From a virus, in IMG/VR virus record IMGVR_UViG_3300042691_027609: a stretch of DNA of 64,000 nt. One strand, given 5' to 3'. The stretch's first letter is position 1. Each line of letters begins with the position of its first letter. Position numbers and translations under genes: made by a program. Below are positions 54,416-64,000 of the stretch, in pieces. The notes beneath the pieces were generated by a model. That model saw nothing but the letters and a program-made list of their open reading frames with translations, searched no databases and had not been told where the DNA came from.

Positions 54416-54424
54416 ATATTTATA
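54416..54424 (+). promoter_or_regulatory. ATATTTATA putative late promoter (tape measure)
   Basis: Intergenic before TMP. Confidence 0.7.
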
Positions 54425-54440
54425 AGAAACGATTTTTGTA

Positions 54441-57400
54441 ATGGCAGAAGAAAAAGATAATCCCTCAGAAAATATAGGTAATCAAGAAAAAATCTTAGCT
54501 ACAAAAAAGAAAATTCTCGAACTACACGAGAAAGAAAAGAACTTGCGTAAAGAATTGGACAAAATGTCCAGTAAAACAGTAAAGGATCAACAGGATCAAT
54601 CCAAGCACTTAGAGAAACAAAAAAAACTTCTTGATGAAATTATAAAGCAAAAGAAAACTTTACAAGCTGATTTAAAAGAATCAAACAAACAGCGTAAACA
54701 AGAAGAGGACTCTGTCACTACGGTAAACGATGGTTTAAAACAAACTATCAAATCGCAAGAAAAATTAAACGATTTAAAAGCAAAATCAGGAAACGGAAGA
54801 GAAGAAGTGAATACTATCTTGCAAGCGAATAAAGGTTTGCTCGATCAATTGAAAACTTTGCAAAGTCAACAAAATTTATCTACTGCATACAAAAAACAAA
54901 AGCGTGAAGAGCTAATACAGCAAATAGAGATAAACAAAGAAAAATTATCGGCTTTAGACATAGATAAGCAAGCTCAAAAAGCAATACTAAGAAACCAATC
55001 AAAACAGACACAAGACGTACAAAGACCTGCTCAACCGTCTGCGCCAAAAGCCAAAGAGAGCATTGCTCCGCCAATTCCAGATGCAGGTTCAGAAAAAGCT
55101 GAATCTGCGGCTGCTGCATACGAAAGAAGTTTGTCTGCTGCGAGAGGAATAGTTGAAATGGCAAAAGAAATAGCAAAGCAGGAGGGTTATTATAATGATA
55201 CCCAAAAACAAAATATAAAACTACTAGAAAAATCTATTTCATTGAGAGAAAGCGTGGAAGCTTCTATAGAAGCGGCTATTGAAGAGGGTCGTGATTTAGA
55301 TGACATCGAAAAATCTATATCAAAAAATGTACAGAGTAGAATATTTACACAAAATAGATTAAAAGAACTACAGAGCTCAGGATTGGTTGATGTTAAATCT
55401 GTTTTAGAAAAACAGAAAGCAATCGAAAAGGCGATGAAAGATCAAGAGCTCGCCGAAAGCAAAGTTTCCGAGATCAGAAAGAGACTAATTTCTCAAGGAG
55501 AAACAGATTATGAAGTAATCGAAAAAGCAATAAAAGCAGAACAAATCAAAGCTGACGCCGCAGCATCAGAAGTAGAGCAGTTGAAAAGCAAGATGCATCT
55601 GCACGAAATCGAATACATATCATTAAATAAAGCAGTAGAGGAGTATAACAAAGTAAACGATCTACTTAAAAAACAGCGAGAATACCAAAAAGAGATAAAC
55701 GATAGAATGGGTCTTTTTGGAAAATCTGTAAAAGTTTTAGGTGGCGTATTGGATCATTTTGGAGTTGGAAAATTCCTAAAGATCAACGAAGCGATAGACG
55801 CAATGCGTGAGAAAGCCGCAGCAGGAGGAAGCAAACTAAGCGTTATGTTTACCGGTTTGGGCAACATATTAAAAAATGTCGCTAAATCGCTAATGGATCC
55901 AGTAGCAATCATAACTGGTATAGTTGGATTGTTTACAACCTTGGTAAAAAAAGCAGTAGAATTTCAATCGAAAAACTTTGAAGCAGCTAAAGCACTCGGA
56001 ATGAGCGTTAGCGAAGCCGGAAAATTGAGAGATAGATTCGATCAAATTGCTAACAAAAATGGACAGTTAGCGTTGACGTCTGGACAATTGTTAGAGACGC
56101 AGCAAAAAATGAACGAGCAGTTGGGATTCATGGCTCCTTCTACAGAAGAATTTGCTACACAGACCACGCTGATTATGCGTAGATTCGGCGCTTCCGCAGA
56201 AAGCATGTCAGAACTTCAGTTGTACGCTGCAAAAAGCGGTAAGACTTTGCAAAGCACGTTTGCAACTGTTGTTGGAACTGGTAAAGCTAAAGCTGCGCAA
56301 TTAAAAATAGCGATGACAGAAAAACAGATACTCGATGAAGTGTCTAAAGTCTCGTCTACAGTTTACTCAAACTTTAAAGGAAACGTTCCGGCTTTAGCAG
56401 CAGCAGTAGTTGAAGCCAAAAAAATGGGAATGAGTCTTGATCAAGTTAATAAGATAGGTGATTCTCTATTGGATTTTGAAAGCAGCATGAGCAAAGAGAT
56501 GGAAGCTCAACTTTTGACAGGTAAACAAATAGACATGTCAAAAGCTAGAGAACTTGCTTTAGCGGGAAATACAGCTGGATTGATGAAAGAGCTCAACAAA
56601 CAAATAGGATCCCAAGCACAGTACGAAAAAATGAATGTTATACAAAAACAAGCGTACGCAGAAGCTATAGGTATGAGCAGAGAGGAAATGGATAAGATGT
56701 TTCACGAACAGAAAAAAGCTCAAGAATTAGGGGCACTTGCGAGCGAATCACAGTCAAAACAATATAGTGAATTAGTAAAAAAAGGAAAGAGTCACGCAGA
56801 GATCGCTAAAATAATGGGAGAAGAATCTGCTAACTCTGCACAACAAGCATCTGTGCAAGAGAAGATGGCCACCGCAATGGAAAGAGTCAACGAGATTATT
56901 GGTAAGGCCAGTCAAGCATTCATGCCTCTAATAGAAAAGGTGGTAGCATTCTTGTCAAATACAAAAAACGTAGAAGACATTGTTCACAAAATAGAATCTG
57001 GTGTAAAATCTGTTGGATCGGCATTGATGGAAGCAGGTAGGTTTATAAGAGACAATATGACGCTATTAAAAATATTAGCCGGAATATTTGTAGGGATAAA
57101 AGTCACCATGTTTACGATAAACAAATTGCAAGCTGCCCAGAATCTCGCAAAAAAACTTGGCTTAGGAGTATCAAAGCAGCAATCGACTAAAGATAAAGAG
57201 ATACTTAATACAAAAAAGAAACAGGATCTACAAGAAAAGAAAATAGGTAGATCGAAAAAAGGTAACGTTACAACATCTAAAACCCAAGGAACGGTAGATA
57301 AGGGAACTTTAAACACGACAAGAATACGTAACACAACAGAAAAAGCTATAGGCAGCTCTAAAAAGAAAAACATAGCAACGTCAGTCTTAGAAGGCGGCAA

Positions 57401-57827
57401 AGAAAAGAAAAACGCGGGTCTCAGCATAGTAAGAGCTATTTCATCAGTAACAGCGGGCTCTGGTTGGATGGGTCCATTGGCTCTTGGTGTTGGTATTGCA
57501 GCTGGTACTTATTTATATTCTAAACTATCTAGCGCAGGCGGCGGAGACAGTGGTGGTGGAGATATGGGCGGAGGCGCGGGTTCCGCTGGAGCTCCAGCTG
57601 CTCCCGATAAAGGAATGAATCCAATGAATCAAGCCGCTGAAACACAAAAAGTAGTAAATACAGCTTTGGTTAGAAACGTAAAAGACGTAGACAGACCTAC
57701 TTCTACCAATTTAACTGTTGTGAACAATGTTGATCCTTTCACAGGTAAGAGTCTGGTTAAAGTTATATCTAACGATCCATCATCATATAGCGATAGCTCT
57801 AAAATAGCTGCTACAACTAGATCATAA
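54441..57827 (+). CDS. Tape measure protein
   Basis: 1128 aa helical coiled coil with hydrophobic segments; follows tube and chaperone. Confidence 0.85.
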   Translation: MAEEKDNPSENIGNQEKILATKKKILELHEKEKNLRKELDKMSSKTVKDQQDQSKHLEKQKKLLDEIIKQKKTLQADLKESNKQRKQEEDSVTTVNDGLKQTIKSQEKLNDLKAKSGNGREEVNTILQANKGLLDQLKTLQSQQNLSTAYKKQKREELIQQIEINKEKLSALDIDKQAQKAILRNQSKQTQDVQRPAQPSAPKAKESIAPPIPDAGSEKAESAAAAYERSLSAARGIVEMAKEIAKQEGYYNDTQKQNIKLLEKSISLRESVEASIEAAIEEGRDLDDIEKSISKNVQSRIFTQNRLKELQSSGLVDVKSVLEKQKAIEKAMKDQELAESKVSEIRKRLISQGETDYEVIEKAIKAEQIKADAAASEVEQLKSKMHLHEIEYISLNKAVEEYNKVNDLLKKQREYQKEINDRMGLFGKSVKVLGGVLDHFGVGKFLKINEAIDAMREKAAAGGSKLSVMFTGLGNILKNVAKSLMDPVAIITGIVGLFTTLVKKAVEFQSKNFEAAKALGMSVSEAGKLRDRFDQIANKNGQLALTSGQLLETQQKMNEQLGFMAPSTEEFATQTTLIMRRFGASAESMSELQLYAAKSGKTLQSTFATVVGTGKAKAAQLKIAMTEKQILDEVSKVSSTVYSNFKGNVPALAAAVVEAKKMGMSLDQVNKIGDSLLDFESSMSKEMEAQLLTGKQIDMSKARELALAGNTAGLMKELNKQIGSQAQYEKMNVIQKQAYAEAIGMSREEMDKMFHEQKKAQELGALASESQSKQYSELVKKGKSHAEIAKIMGEESANSAQQASVQEKMATAMERVNEIIGKASQAFMPLIEKVVAFLSNTKNVEDIVHKIESGVKSVGSALMEAGRFIRDNMTLLKILAGIFVGIKVTMFTINKLQAAQNLAKKLGLGVSKQQSTKDKEILNTKKKQDLQEKKIGRSKKGNVTTSKTQGTVDKGTLNTTRIRNTTEKAIGSSKKKNIATSVLEGGKEKKNAGLSIVRAISSVTAGSGWMGPLALGVGIAAGTYLYSKLSSAGGGDSGGGDMGGGAGSAGAPAAPDKGMNPMNQAAETQKVVNTALVRNVKDVDRPTSTNLTVVNNVDPFTGKSLVKVISNDPSSYSDSSKIAATTRS

Positions 57828-57840
57828 AAATAAGCAAAAA

Positions 57841-59670
57841 ATGCCACTAATAACGCTAAAAACTAATTTAAAGAATTTAAAATACGGAAAAGATCGATTG
57901 GGCGGAGGAAGTTCAAATCAACCGTACATGACTTTCCCAATTGACGAGGGATCGACGACTCCTGATCCGTTTAAATCTTTTTATATAGCGAACAGAACAA
58001 CACGAGATTTTCCTGTGCGGGGTGGTGGATTCGTGGAGCAATTGTCTAATGGGTTAGGGAGTCAAACTATAGCTTCGCAAATAGACAAAGAAAGAATACA
58101 AAAGTTTTTACAAGACGGTGAAAGGGGTCCTGCATTTATAAGAAAGCAGATTGGTTTACAACTATCTGGACCAAAGATGCAAACAGCAGAAGTCAATCCA
58201 AACTTTAAGTTAGATGATTTTCCAGGTCTAATTGAAAATACTCGACTTTACAATCGCGGTAGAAATACTTTAACATCAGTGCAATACGCAGGTAACGGTG
58301 TGTTTTTAAACAGGGCCGGTGCACTGCCTTTTAACCCGAAAGAAAAATTCTATGCGGATACTATGAAGCAGGAATTTTTGCCAATTAATGAAGATAAAAT
58401 AGAAAGCATTAACAGATTGTTAATTTTAAGAACTCTAAAGTTAACATCTAGAAATTCTAATCCTATTCAAAATATAAGCGATTTTAGCGTTGTAAACGCA
58501 TTAGGAATTTCTTTAAATAGAAATAATATATTTGAATACTTAGGAGGTCCCGGATCAGTATATGGAGTTGGCTCTACAACAGTTAGAAGATCGTATTACG
58601 ACACATCAGAAGCCGTCAATAAAGAAACGTCAGATGGAGTTATATTAAATAGGTTGACTTTGACATATGACAAAATAATGGAAAAGAAAACTAGTACTTC
58701 TACAGGAATGCAAGAAGTTAGAGGCGATGGTTTTACTGGACCCATTCAATTTCCATCTACCAACAAAAGTGTTAGAAGCGATTACGAAGATTATAGAAAC
58801 AATGAAAATTTTGACGGAGGGTTTGCTGGTAGAAAAAATTCTTCGTGGGAAGTTGATGGAAGAATAGAAAATAGATTTTATGTAAAAAATACTAGAACGG
58901 ACAAAATAAATCGAACAAGTCAATTTGTATTCGATTCAAGTCAATCAGATCCTTGGGAAGTTAAAAAAGAGGACACAGACGATTTAATTAAATTCGTTTT
59001 TGAATGCATAGATAACGATTTGAGTGGAGAAGATGTCGCAATATTTTTTAGAGCACACTTAGGACAGATTACTGATAACCATAAAGCAAGTTGGAATGGC
59101 TTTAAATACATGGGTAGAGGAGAAAACTTTTATACCTATCAAGGCGTTGATCGTACTTTTAGTACCAGTTTTAAGTTAGCAATAGGTTCATACCAAGAAC
59201 TTGGAGTAGTATATAATAAATTAAATTATTTAATTTCCCAGGTATATCCAGATTACAATTTGAATACACAATTTATGAGAGCACCGTTAATGAGATTGAC
59301 TATAGGTGATTATCTATACAGAGCGTACGGATATCTCGAAAGCGTTGACGTATCAGTAGATGATAAAAGTAGTTGGGAAATTACGGACGGTCAACAATTA
59401 CCGCATGTGTTAAATGTTAGTTTTGGGTATAAAATCATAGAGAAAACACTTCCTCAAAGAGGTCAATCAGGCTATAACTTCACTAAATTTATTGGCGAAC
59501 CTTTATTTAAAGACGACCAATCTATCATAGATGCAAGATTTGCTAAGTTAAAACAGAGAGAGAAAGATTTAGCAGACGCAAAAAAACAACGGGAAAATAG
59601 TCAACAAGCATTCAACAGTGCATTAAGAAGCGTAGCAACAAGTATAGCAACAGGAGGACTTTTACGATAA
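57841..59670 (+). CDS. Baseplate tube-initiator-like protein (gp48/gp54-like C-domain)
   Basis: 'FRAHLGQITDNHKASW...YMGRGENFYTYQGVDR..S.SF', 'RAPLMRLTIGD'. Confidence 0.65.
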   Translation: MPLITLKTNLKNLKYGKDRLGGGSSNQPYMTFPIDEGSTTPDPFKSFYIANRTTRDFPVRGGGFVEQLSNGLGSQTIASQIDKERIQKFLQDGERGPAFIRKQIGLQLSGPKMQTAEVNPNFKLDDFPGLIENTRLYNRGRNTLTSVQYAGNGVFLNRAGALPFNPKEKFYADTMKQEFLPINEDKIESINRLLILRTLKLTSRNSNPIQNISDFSVVNALGISLNRNNIFEYLGGPGSVYGVGSTTVRRSYYDTSEAVNKETSDGVILNRLTLTYDKIMEKKTSTSTGMQEVRGDGFTGPIQFPSTNKSVRSDYEDYRNNENFDGGFAGRKNSSWEVDGRIENRFYVKNTRTDKINRTSQFVFDSSQSDPWEVKKEDTDDLIKFVFECIDNDLSGEDVAIFFRAHLGQITDNHKASWNGFKYMGRGENFYTYQGVDRTFSTSFKLAIGSYQELGVVYNKLNYLISQVYPDYNLNTQFMRAPLMRLTIGDYLYRAYGYLESVDVSVDDKSSWEITDGQQLPHVLNVSFGYKIIEKTLPQRGQSGYNFTKFIGEPLFKDDQSIIDARFAKLKQREKDLADAKKQRENSQQAFNSALRSVATSIATGGLLR

Positions 59671-59684
59671 ATAAAAAGTAATAT

Positions 59685-59993
59685 ATGGCATATAGATACG
59701 AAAATATTAAAAAAACCAAGAACACTAGCAATAGTGCAGAGTATTATGTAAACACTATTTATCCTGATGTACCCGTATCTAATAACGATCAATACGTAAT
59801 AACTACTTACGGAGATAGATTGGATTTGTTAGCCTTCGATATATATAAAGATCAAAGCCTTTGGTGGTTAATAGCTTCGGCAAACAATCTGCCAGGAGAC
59901 TCTTTATATCCACCAGTGGGTACTCAATTAAGAATACCGACAAACATACAAGGAGCAATAACACAATACAAAGCTATAAACGGATTAAGATAA
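59685..59993 (+). CDS. LysM-like baseplate protein (gp53/tail X-like)
   Basis: 'GDRLDLLAFDIYKDQSLWWLIASAN...GTQLRIP'. Confidence 0.85.
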   Translation: MAYRYENIKKTKNTSNSAEYYVNTIYPDVPVSNNDQYVITTYGDRLDLLAFDIYKDQSLWWLIASANNLPGDSLYPPVGTQLRIPTNIQGAITQYKAINGLR

Positions 59994-59994
59994 T

Positions 59995-62900
59995 ATGGAA
60001 GGACTTGGAAATAAAATAGGCAACGTAATGGGAGTACCGCTCCCGTATCCCGTTAGACTTCAGTTACAAACGCGATCTGCTAAAAATATGAATATAACGG
60101 GGGATCGTGTTGACGGTTATTATAACTTTGAAAGAGATACGGATAACATAAAGTATTTGCAAAACAAAACTGCTTTCGTTAGACTAATATCGTCTGTCGA
60201 TATCAATGGAGATAGTTTACGAAGTTATAATCAAAAAATGCCGGACGGAGTAAAATTCAAAGATGCCAGTGACCCAGCAAAATACTTTGTGCTTGCAGCA
60301 GGAACTTCTATATATAAAAACGATCAGGGTAATTTTAGATACGAACAAAGAGCCGGCGTTTCAAACGATGGTTTGGGCGCATACGGTAATATAGCATCTT
60401 CAACAGAAGTAAACGATTACGGATATAGACCCATGCCTGGTATAGTGGACGTAAAAATTCAAACGCAAGGTCGATTGGGATCGGTTCGTCAAGCGACTGT
60501 TAATTTTAAAGTTTGGACTAAAGATCAATTGGACATAATAGATGCGCTGTATTTCAAAATGGGATACATGATGTTCTTGGAATGGGGAAACGTAATGTAT
60601 TATGACAATTATGGATCTTTACAACAAATGAGTACGACTATAGATCCATTTGCTCCGAATCTAACAAAAGAGAAATTAAATATCTTAATAGCAACAAAAA
60701 AACAAGAAACATACGGTAATTACGATGCGATGTTAGGTATGTGTACATCGTTTAATTTTGATTTCAATCAAGAGGGCGGATACGATTGTTCAATTAAATT
60801 GATAGGACTCGGTGCATTGGCAGATTCCACAAAAATCAATATAGCCTCAAAAATACCAGATTTAACTGAAAAACAAATAAAAACGTTCTTTAGTTTACTT
60901 AGAAAATACAAAGAAGAAGAACTAAGAAAACAACAAGCAGAAGAAGCTAAAAACAATGCTCCTGCTCCTGAACCTATACCCGTACAAAAAAGCGATATAG
61001 AATATATTACAGCGAATAAATCCGATGTAAACGCAAGTAATGTACAGGATTATGCGATACCTGCATTAAATCAAAAAGAATCTGATCTACCCACTAAAGG
61101 TTCAGTTGTATTAACGGGAGGTACTGCTAATGTCGTTGTGAATAGGGATATCAAAATTCTGATGCCGACTAGTGAAGACGACCTCTATGAAAAATTCATA
61201 ATTAATTTAGACGTATTTAAGCAGTATTCTGCTATTATGAAGAAAGTTTTCACGCTCTCTACTACTGAAGCTTTTTCTGGAAACGGTACATACTACTATA
61301 AAACACAGCTTGGCAATCTTAGAATTATTTGGGATGATGACGGAGATGAATCCACATCCATATTTGTAGACGTATTTTCAACGTTAATAAGTCCAACTAA
61401 TTCTAGATACTATCCGTTTACCATATCTTTTAAATTCATAACTGATCCAGCGGGATTGCTGTATCTTTTAGACACTGCGGGAACTAATAATACTGTTGGT
61501 CGAAGAAAAATAAAAACGTTAAGCGGAACTATTGCGGAAGATGGACAATTTGAAAATCAAATACAAGTAAGTGGTAACGATAATGATGTTAAATGGTTTG
61601 AAACACTAATAGTAGCTATGCTTGAAGATCTAGAGAAACCGAATACTGTACTAGAATCATCATCCATGCTTGTAGCAATAAATGATCAAAATTTCGTGGG
61701 CACTAGATCAGGGAAATCAGCAGCAGGACTTCAAGACATCAATCTTGGTAATAATCGAGGTATTAATTTTTCAGCTCCCACTGGTATATATAACAGCATG
61801 AAAAATAAAAAAGGAGATTCTTATAAAATAACTATTCCAGTATCGTGTAAAGTTCAGGCACTCTTACCCAAAACAGAAAAATTATCTGATGGCTCTACGA
61901 AAGTTTCGTCTGAATTAGCGTGGCAAGATACCTTCGTATCGTGCGATTTTTGTTTCGGACCAGATTCATCAATAGTAAAGGGTGCTGTCGCAGAAAAAGA
62001 AGCCAATAAAGCATTATTATTCAAAGATTTTCAAAATAACTTAACTCTAGCAGAAAAAAATGAGCAAGCAGAAGCAGAAAAGCAAAGACTTGCAGATTTA
62101 AAAGCTGAACAAGATCAACGAAATAAAGAGTTCCAAGAGATGGTCGATAATGCTCTTAAAGAAGAGGGTTATAAGTACGCATCGGGTCTTGAAGTGTTTT
62201 TACGAACCATTCAATTAGATGCACTAAATACTACGATAAGTACAAAAGCTGGCGGATTTGATTTTAGAGAAGTTTCTGTTATAGATCTAGCAAAATCCAA
62301 AGCTGGGGATAAATCTATTTTAGAACAGCTATTCACAAACGGACTATTTTCAGGGCAAATATTAAAATATTATAACGATCCATCAGTGTTTTCTAAAGGT
62401 TTAGAAGTCGACGCCAATAAGAGAGATAGATTATTAGCATTTGCTGCTTACGGATTCAATCATAATATGATGAGTAACGCAGATCCTAAAAAGTTTGTGC
62501 AAGAGTCAGGATTAAAAACGTGCGATTTTAAGGGTATGTTCAAATCTTGGGTTATGCCATACGACATAAATCAAGAAGTAATGACAGGCGTTGATGTCAA
62601 CCATCCCGTATACATAAGACTTGATTTGTTACTGATGGCAATAAATCACATGTGTCTGCTATATGATTCATCAAAAACTGCTGACAATAAGGCTGCAACA
62701 TTCGAAAATCAGTCGCCAATAATTTATGTAGATTTTAATACACACACCAATACGTGCTTGACTTCTCCTTTACAGATGTCTGTGGACATATTAAAATTCA
62801 TGATACAGTTTAGAGCCACAGACGAACAGTATAGATTGCTTTTCAATAAAGAATCGGTAGACGAAAGTAGAATATCATCAGAAGCAAAAAAATTATTAGC

Positions 62901-64000
62901 AGAAGGTAAAACAGAAAAAGAGATTCTAAATAAAATTGGAGAAGTAGTGTCTCAAACGGTACAAAAAGATGTTGCCTCTAAATTAGGAAGCAAGATATTC
63001 AAACCACAATCTCAAGATTTCATTTCGGGATACTTACCAGATTTTAAAGATCCCAATAATACATCAACAGGCGCTTGGCAAGGCAGAATAATGAATGTAC
63101 TAGTTAGCATAGAATATTTGTTGAGTCTGTGTGAAAGTTTTTCTAAAAATGATGATTCTAACGGAGTTTATTTAAAGCAATTTTTGGATCAACTTTTGGC
63201 AGATTTGAATAAAAGTTTAGGAGATATTAACATGTTTAGATTGTCGTACGACGATAAATCCAATTGTATGGTCATTGTTGATGATCAATCTTCACCTCTT
63301 CAAAACGGAGAAAAGTATCCTAGATTTTATGGAACAAATTACGATAAACTTCCTCACGTGGAGTTTGATAAAAATAGCATAGAATTGCCTCTTTACGGAA
63401 GAAAATCAATAGCTAAATCGTTAAGTATCAAAACAGAAGTTAGTACAAAACTGTCTAACATGTTAGCCATATCGGCTAATGCAAAGCAATCTTCTGATGC
63501 GGGTAAAGATGCATCTCCGTTTGGTCAATATAACAAAGATTTTGTCAATAGATACATGAACGAAGCAAGAATAGCTGATGCAGGAAAAACCGACGTAACG
63601 CCTGGCGATATAAAAGCGGCTGAGTCTTTTAACGATTTTGTAGTGAGCATTTTTAGTAGTGATCAACCGTTGATAGATAACATTGATTCTGCTATGAACT
63701 ACTATGTAGAAAGAATGAATGATAAAAAATCAGAAAGATCTGCAACCAGAGCATCTGCAATGATTCCTGTGTCCGTCAACTTCACAACGAATGGAATATC
63801 TGGATTGCACATGGGTCAAGCTTTTACCATTCCAGAACAATTGTTACCCGCTACTTACGAAAGATTTTCAGAAGCAACAGGTAAGAGAGTCGGATTCGTA
63901 GTAGTGGGCATAGACGATACTATATCAAGTAATATATGGGATACGTCAGTTAAAGCTAACATGTTTTTCATGAAAGACGCAATAGATTACTACACTAGTA
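59995..64000 (+). CDS. Large baseplate hub-like protein (gp27/gpD-like position), >1335 aa, truncated by window end
   Basis: Not in ORF track because it has no stop in the window. ATG 59995 (MEGLGNKIG...); 'RPMPGIVDV...GSVRQATVNFKVW..DQLD...LEWG' and near the end 'IPVSVNFTTNGISGLHMGQAF'. Confidence 0.72.
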   Translation, partial: MEGLGNKIGNVMGVPLPYPVRLQLQTRSAKNMNITGDRVDGYYNFERDTDNIKYLQNKTAFVRLISSVDINGDSLRSYNQKMPDGVKFKDASDPAKYFVLAAGTSIYKNDQGNFRYEQRAGVSNDGLGAYGNIASSTEVNDYGYRPMPGIVDVKIQTQGRLGSVRQATVNFKVWTKDQLDIIDALYFKMGYMMFLEWGNVMYYDNYGSLQQMSTTIDPFAPNLTKEKLNILIATKKQETYGNYDAMLGMCTSFNFDFNQEGGYDCSIKLIGLGALADSTKINIASKIPDLTEKQIKTFFSLLRKYKEEELRKQQAEEAKNNAPAPEPIPVQKSDIEYITANKSDVNASNVQDYAIPALNQKESDLPTKGSVVLTGGTANVVVNRDIKILMPTSEDDLYEKFIINLDVFKQYSAIMKKVFTLSTTEAFSGNGTYYYKTQLGNLRIIWDDDGDESTSIFVDVFSTLISPTNSRYYPFTISFKFITDPAGLLYLLDTAGTNNTVGRRKIKTLSGTIAEDGQFENQIQVSGNDNDVKWFETLIVAMLEDLEKPNTVLESSSMLVAINDQNFVGTRSGKSAAGLQDINLGNNRGINFSAPTGIYNSMKNKKGDSYKITIPVSCKVQALLPKTEKLSDGSTKVSSELAWQDTFVSCDFCFGPDSSIVKGAVAEKEANKALLFKDFQNNLTLAEKNEQAEAEKQRLADLKAEQDQRNKEFQEMVDNALKEEGYKYASGLEVFLRTIQLDALNTTISTKAGGFDFREVSVIDLAKSKAGDKSILEQLFTNGLFSGQILKYYNDPSVFSKGLEVDANKRDRLLAFAAYGFNHNMMSNADPKKFVQESGLKTCDFKGMFKSWVMPYDINQEVMTGVDVNHPVYIRLDLLLMAINHMCLLYDSSKTADNKAATFENQSPIIYVDFNTHTNTCLTSPLQMSVDILKFMIQFRATDEQYRLLFNKESVDESRISSEAKKLLAEGKTEKEILNKIGEVVSQTVQKDVASKLGSKIFKPQSQDFISGYLPDFKDPNNTSTGAWQGRIMNVLVSIEYLLSLCESFSKNDDSNGVYLKQFLDQLLADLNKSLGDINMFRLSYDDKSNCMVIVDDQSSPLQNGEKYPRFYGTNYDKLPHVEFDKNSIELPLYGRKSIAKSLSIKTEVSTKLSNMLAISANAKQSSDAGKDASPFGQYNKDFVNRYMNEARIADAGKTDVTPGDIKAAESFNDFVVSIFSSDQPLIDNIDSAMNYYVERMNDKKSERSATRASAMIPVSVNFTTNGISGLHMGQAFTIPEQLLPATYERFSEATGKRVGFVVVGIDDTISSNIWDTSVKANMFFMKDAIDYYTS

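Noticed and set aside
1881-63666. Many short ORFs on the strand opposite to long genes (e.g. 1881, 3946, 5133, 16256, 34659, 43406, 56984, 60768, 63463)
   Set aside because: They are shadow ORFs fully overlapping well-supported genes, with antisense-typical composition; 1881, 60768 and 63463 lie within the two truncated edge genes.
1-64000. Stop-codon reassignment (as in some Bacteroidota phages)
   Set aside because: Core genes are full-length in code 11, and TAG and TGA both end genes at sensible boundaries.

Overview
The window is a 64-kb, AT-rich, gene-dense fragment of a large T4-like (contractile-tailed) dsDNA phage, probably uncultured and probably infecting Bacteroidota. The host inference rests on A-rich ribosome-binding regions without Shine-Dalgarno sequences and on a Gln-rule signal peptide. 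Two arms diverge from a short intergenic region at ~13.6-13.95 kb. The leftward arm (- strand) encodes a glutaredoxin-like protein, an HD hydrolase, a gp55-like sigma factor, a split gp5-like spike, gp25, gp6 and further wedge proteins, the last running off the left end. The rightward arm (+ strand) encodes primase, a PD-(D/E)XK exonuclease, a kinase/nucleotidyltransferase/HEXXH-HAD cluster, many small accessory and lysis genes, terminase, portal, prohead protease, scaffold, major capsid, PhoH, neck, fibres, three Gly-rich adhesin-like paralogues, sheath, tube, tail chaperone, tape measure and hub proteins, the last running off the right end. Most notable observations: (1) a large set of non-structural proteins and mosaic 'polyproteins' carrying M-x-x-L-x-x-L-L-x-E leaders and internal hydrophobic-x-E sites, suggesting a prohead-protease-processed, capsid-packaged effector cargo; (2) a pervasive [ST]-[GAS]-S motif largely confined to outer virion proteins, a candidate modification sequon; (3) a sense-strand ATATTTAT(A/T) late promoter, the reverse complement of the T4 one, paired with a gp55-like sigma factor; (4) a probable +1 frameshift in the tail assembly chaperone; (5) candidate structured RNAs. 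All family assignments are by-eye motif recognition; no database searches were run. No tRNA, CRISPR array, intron or intein was recognised.
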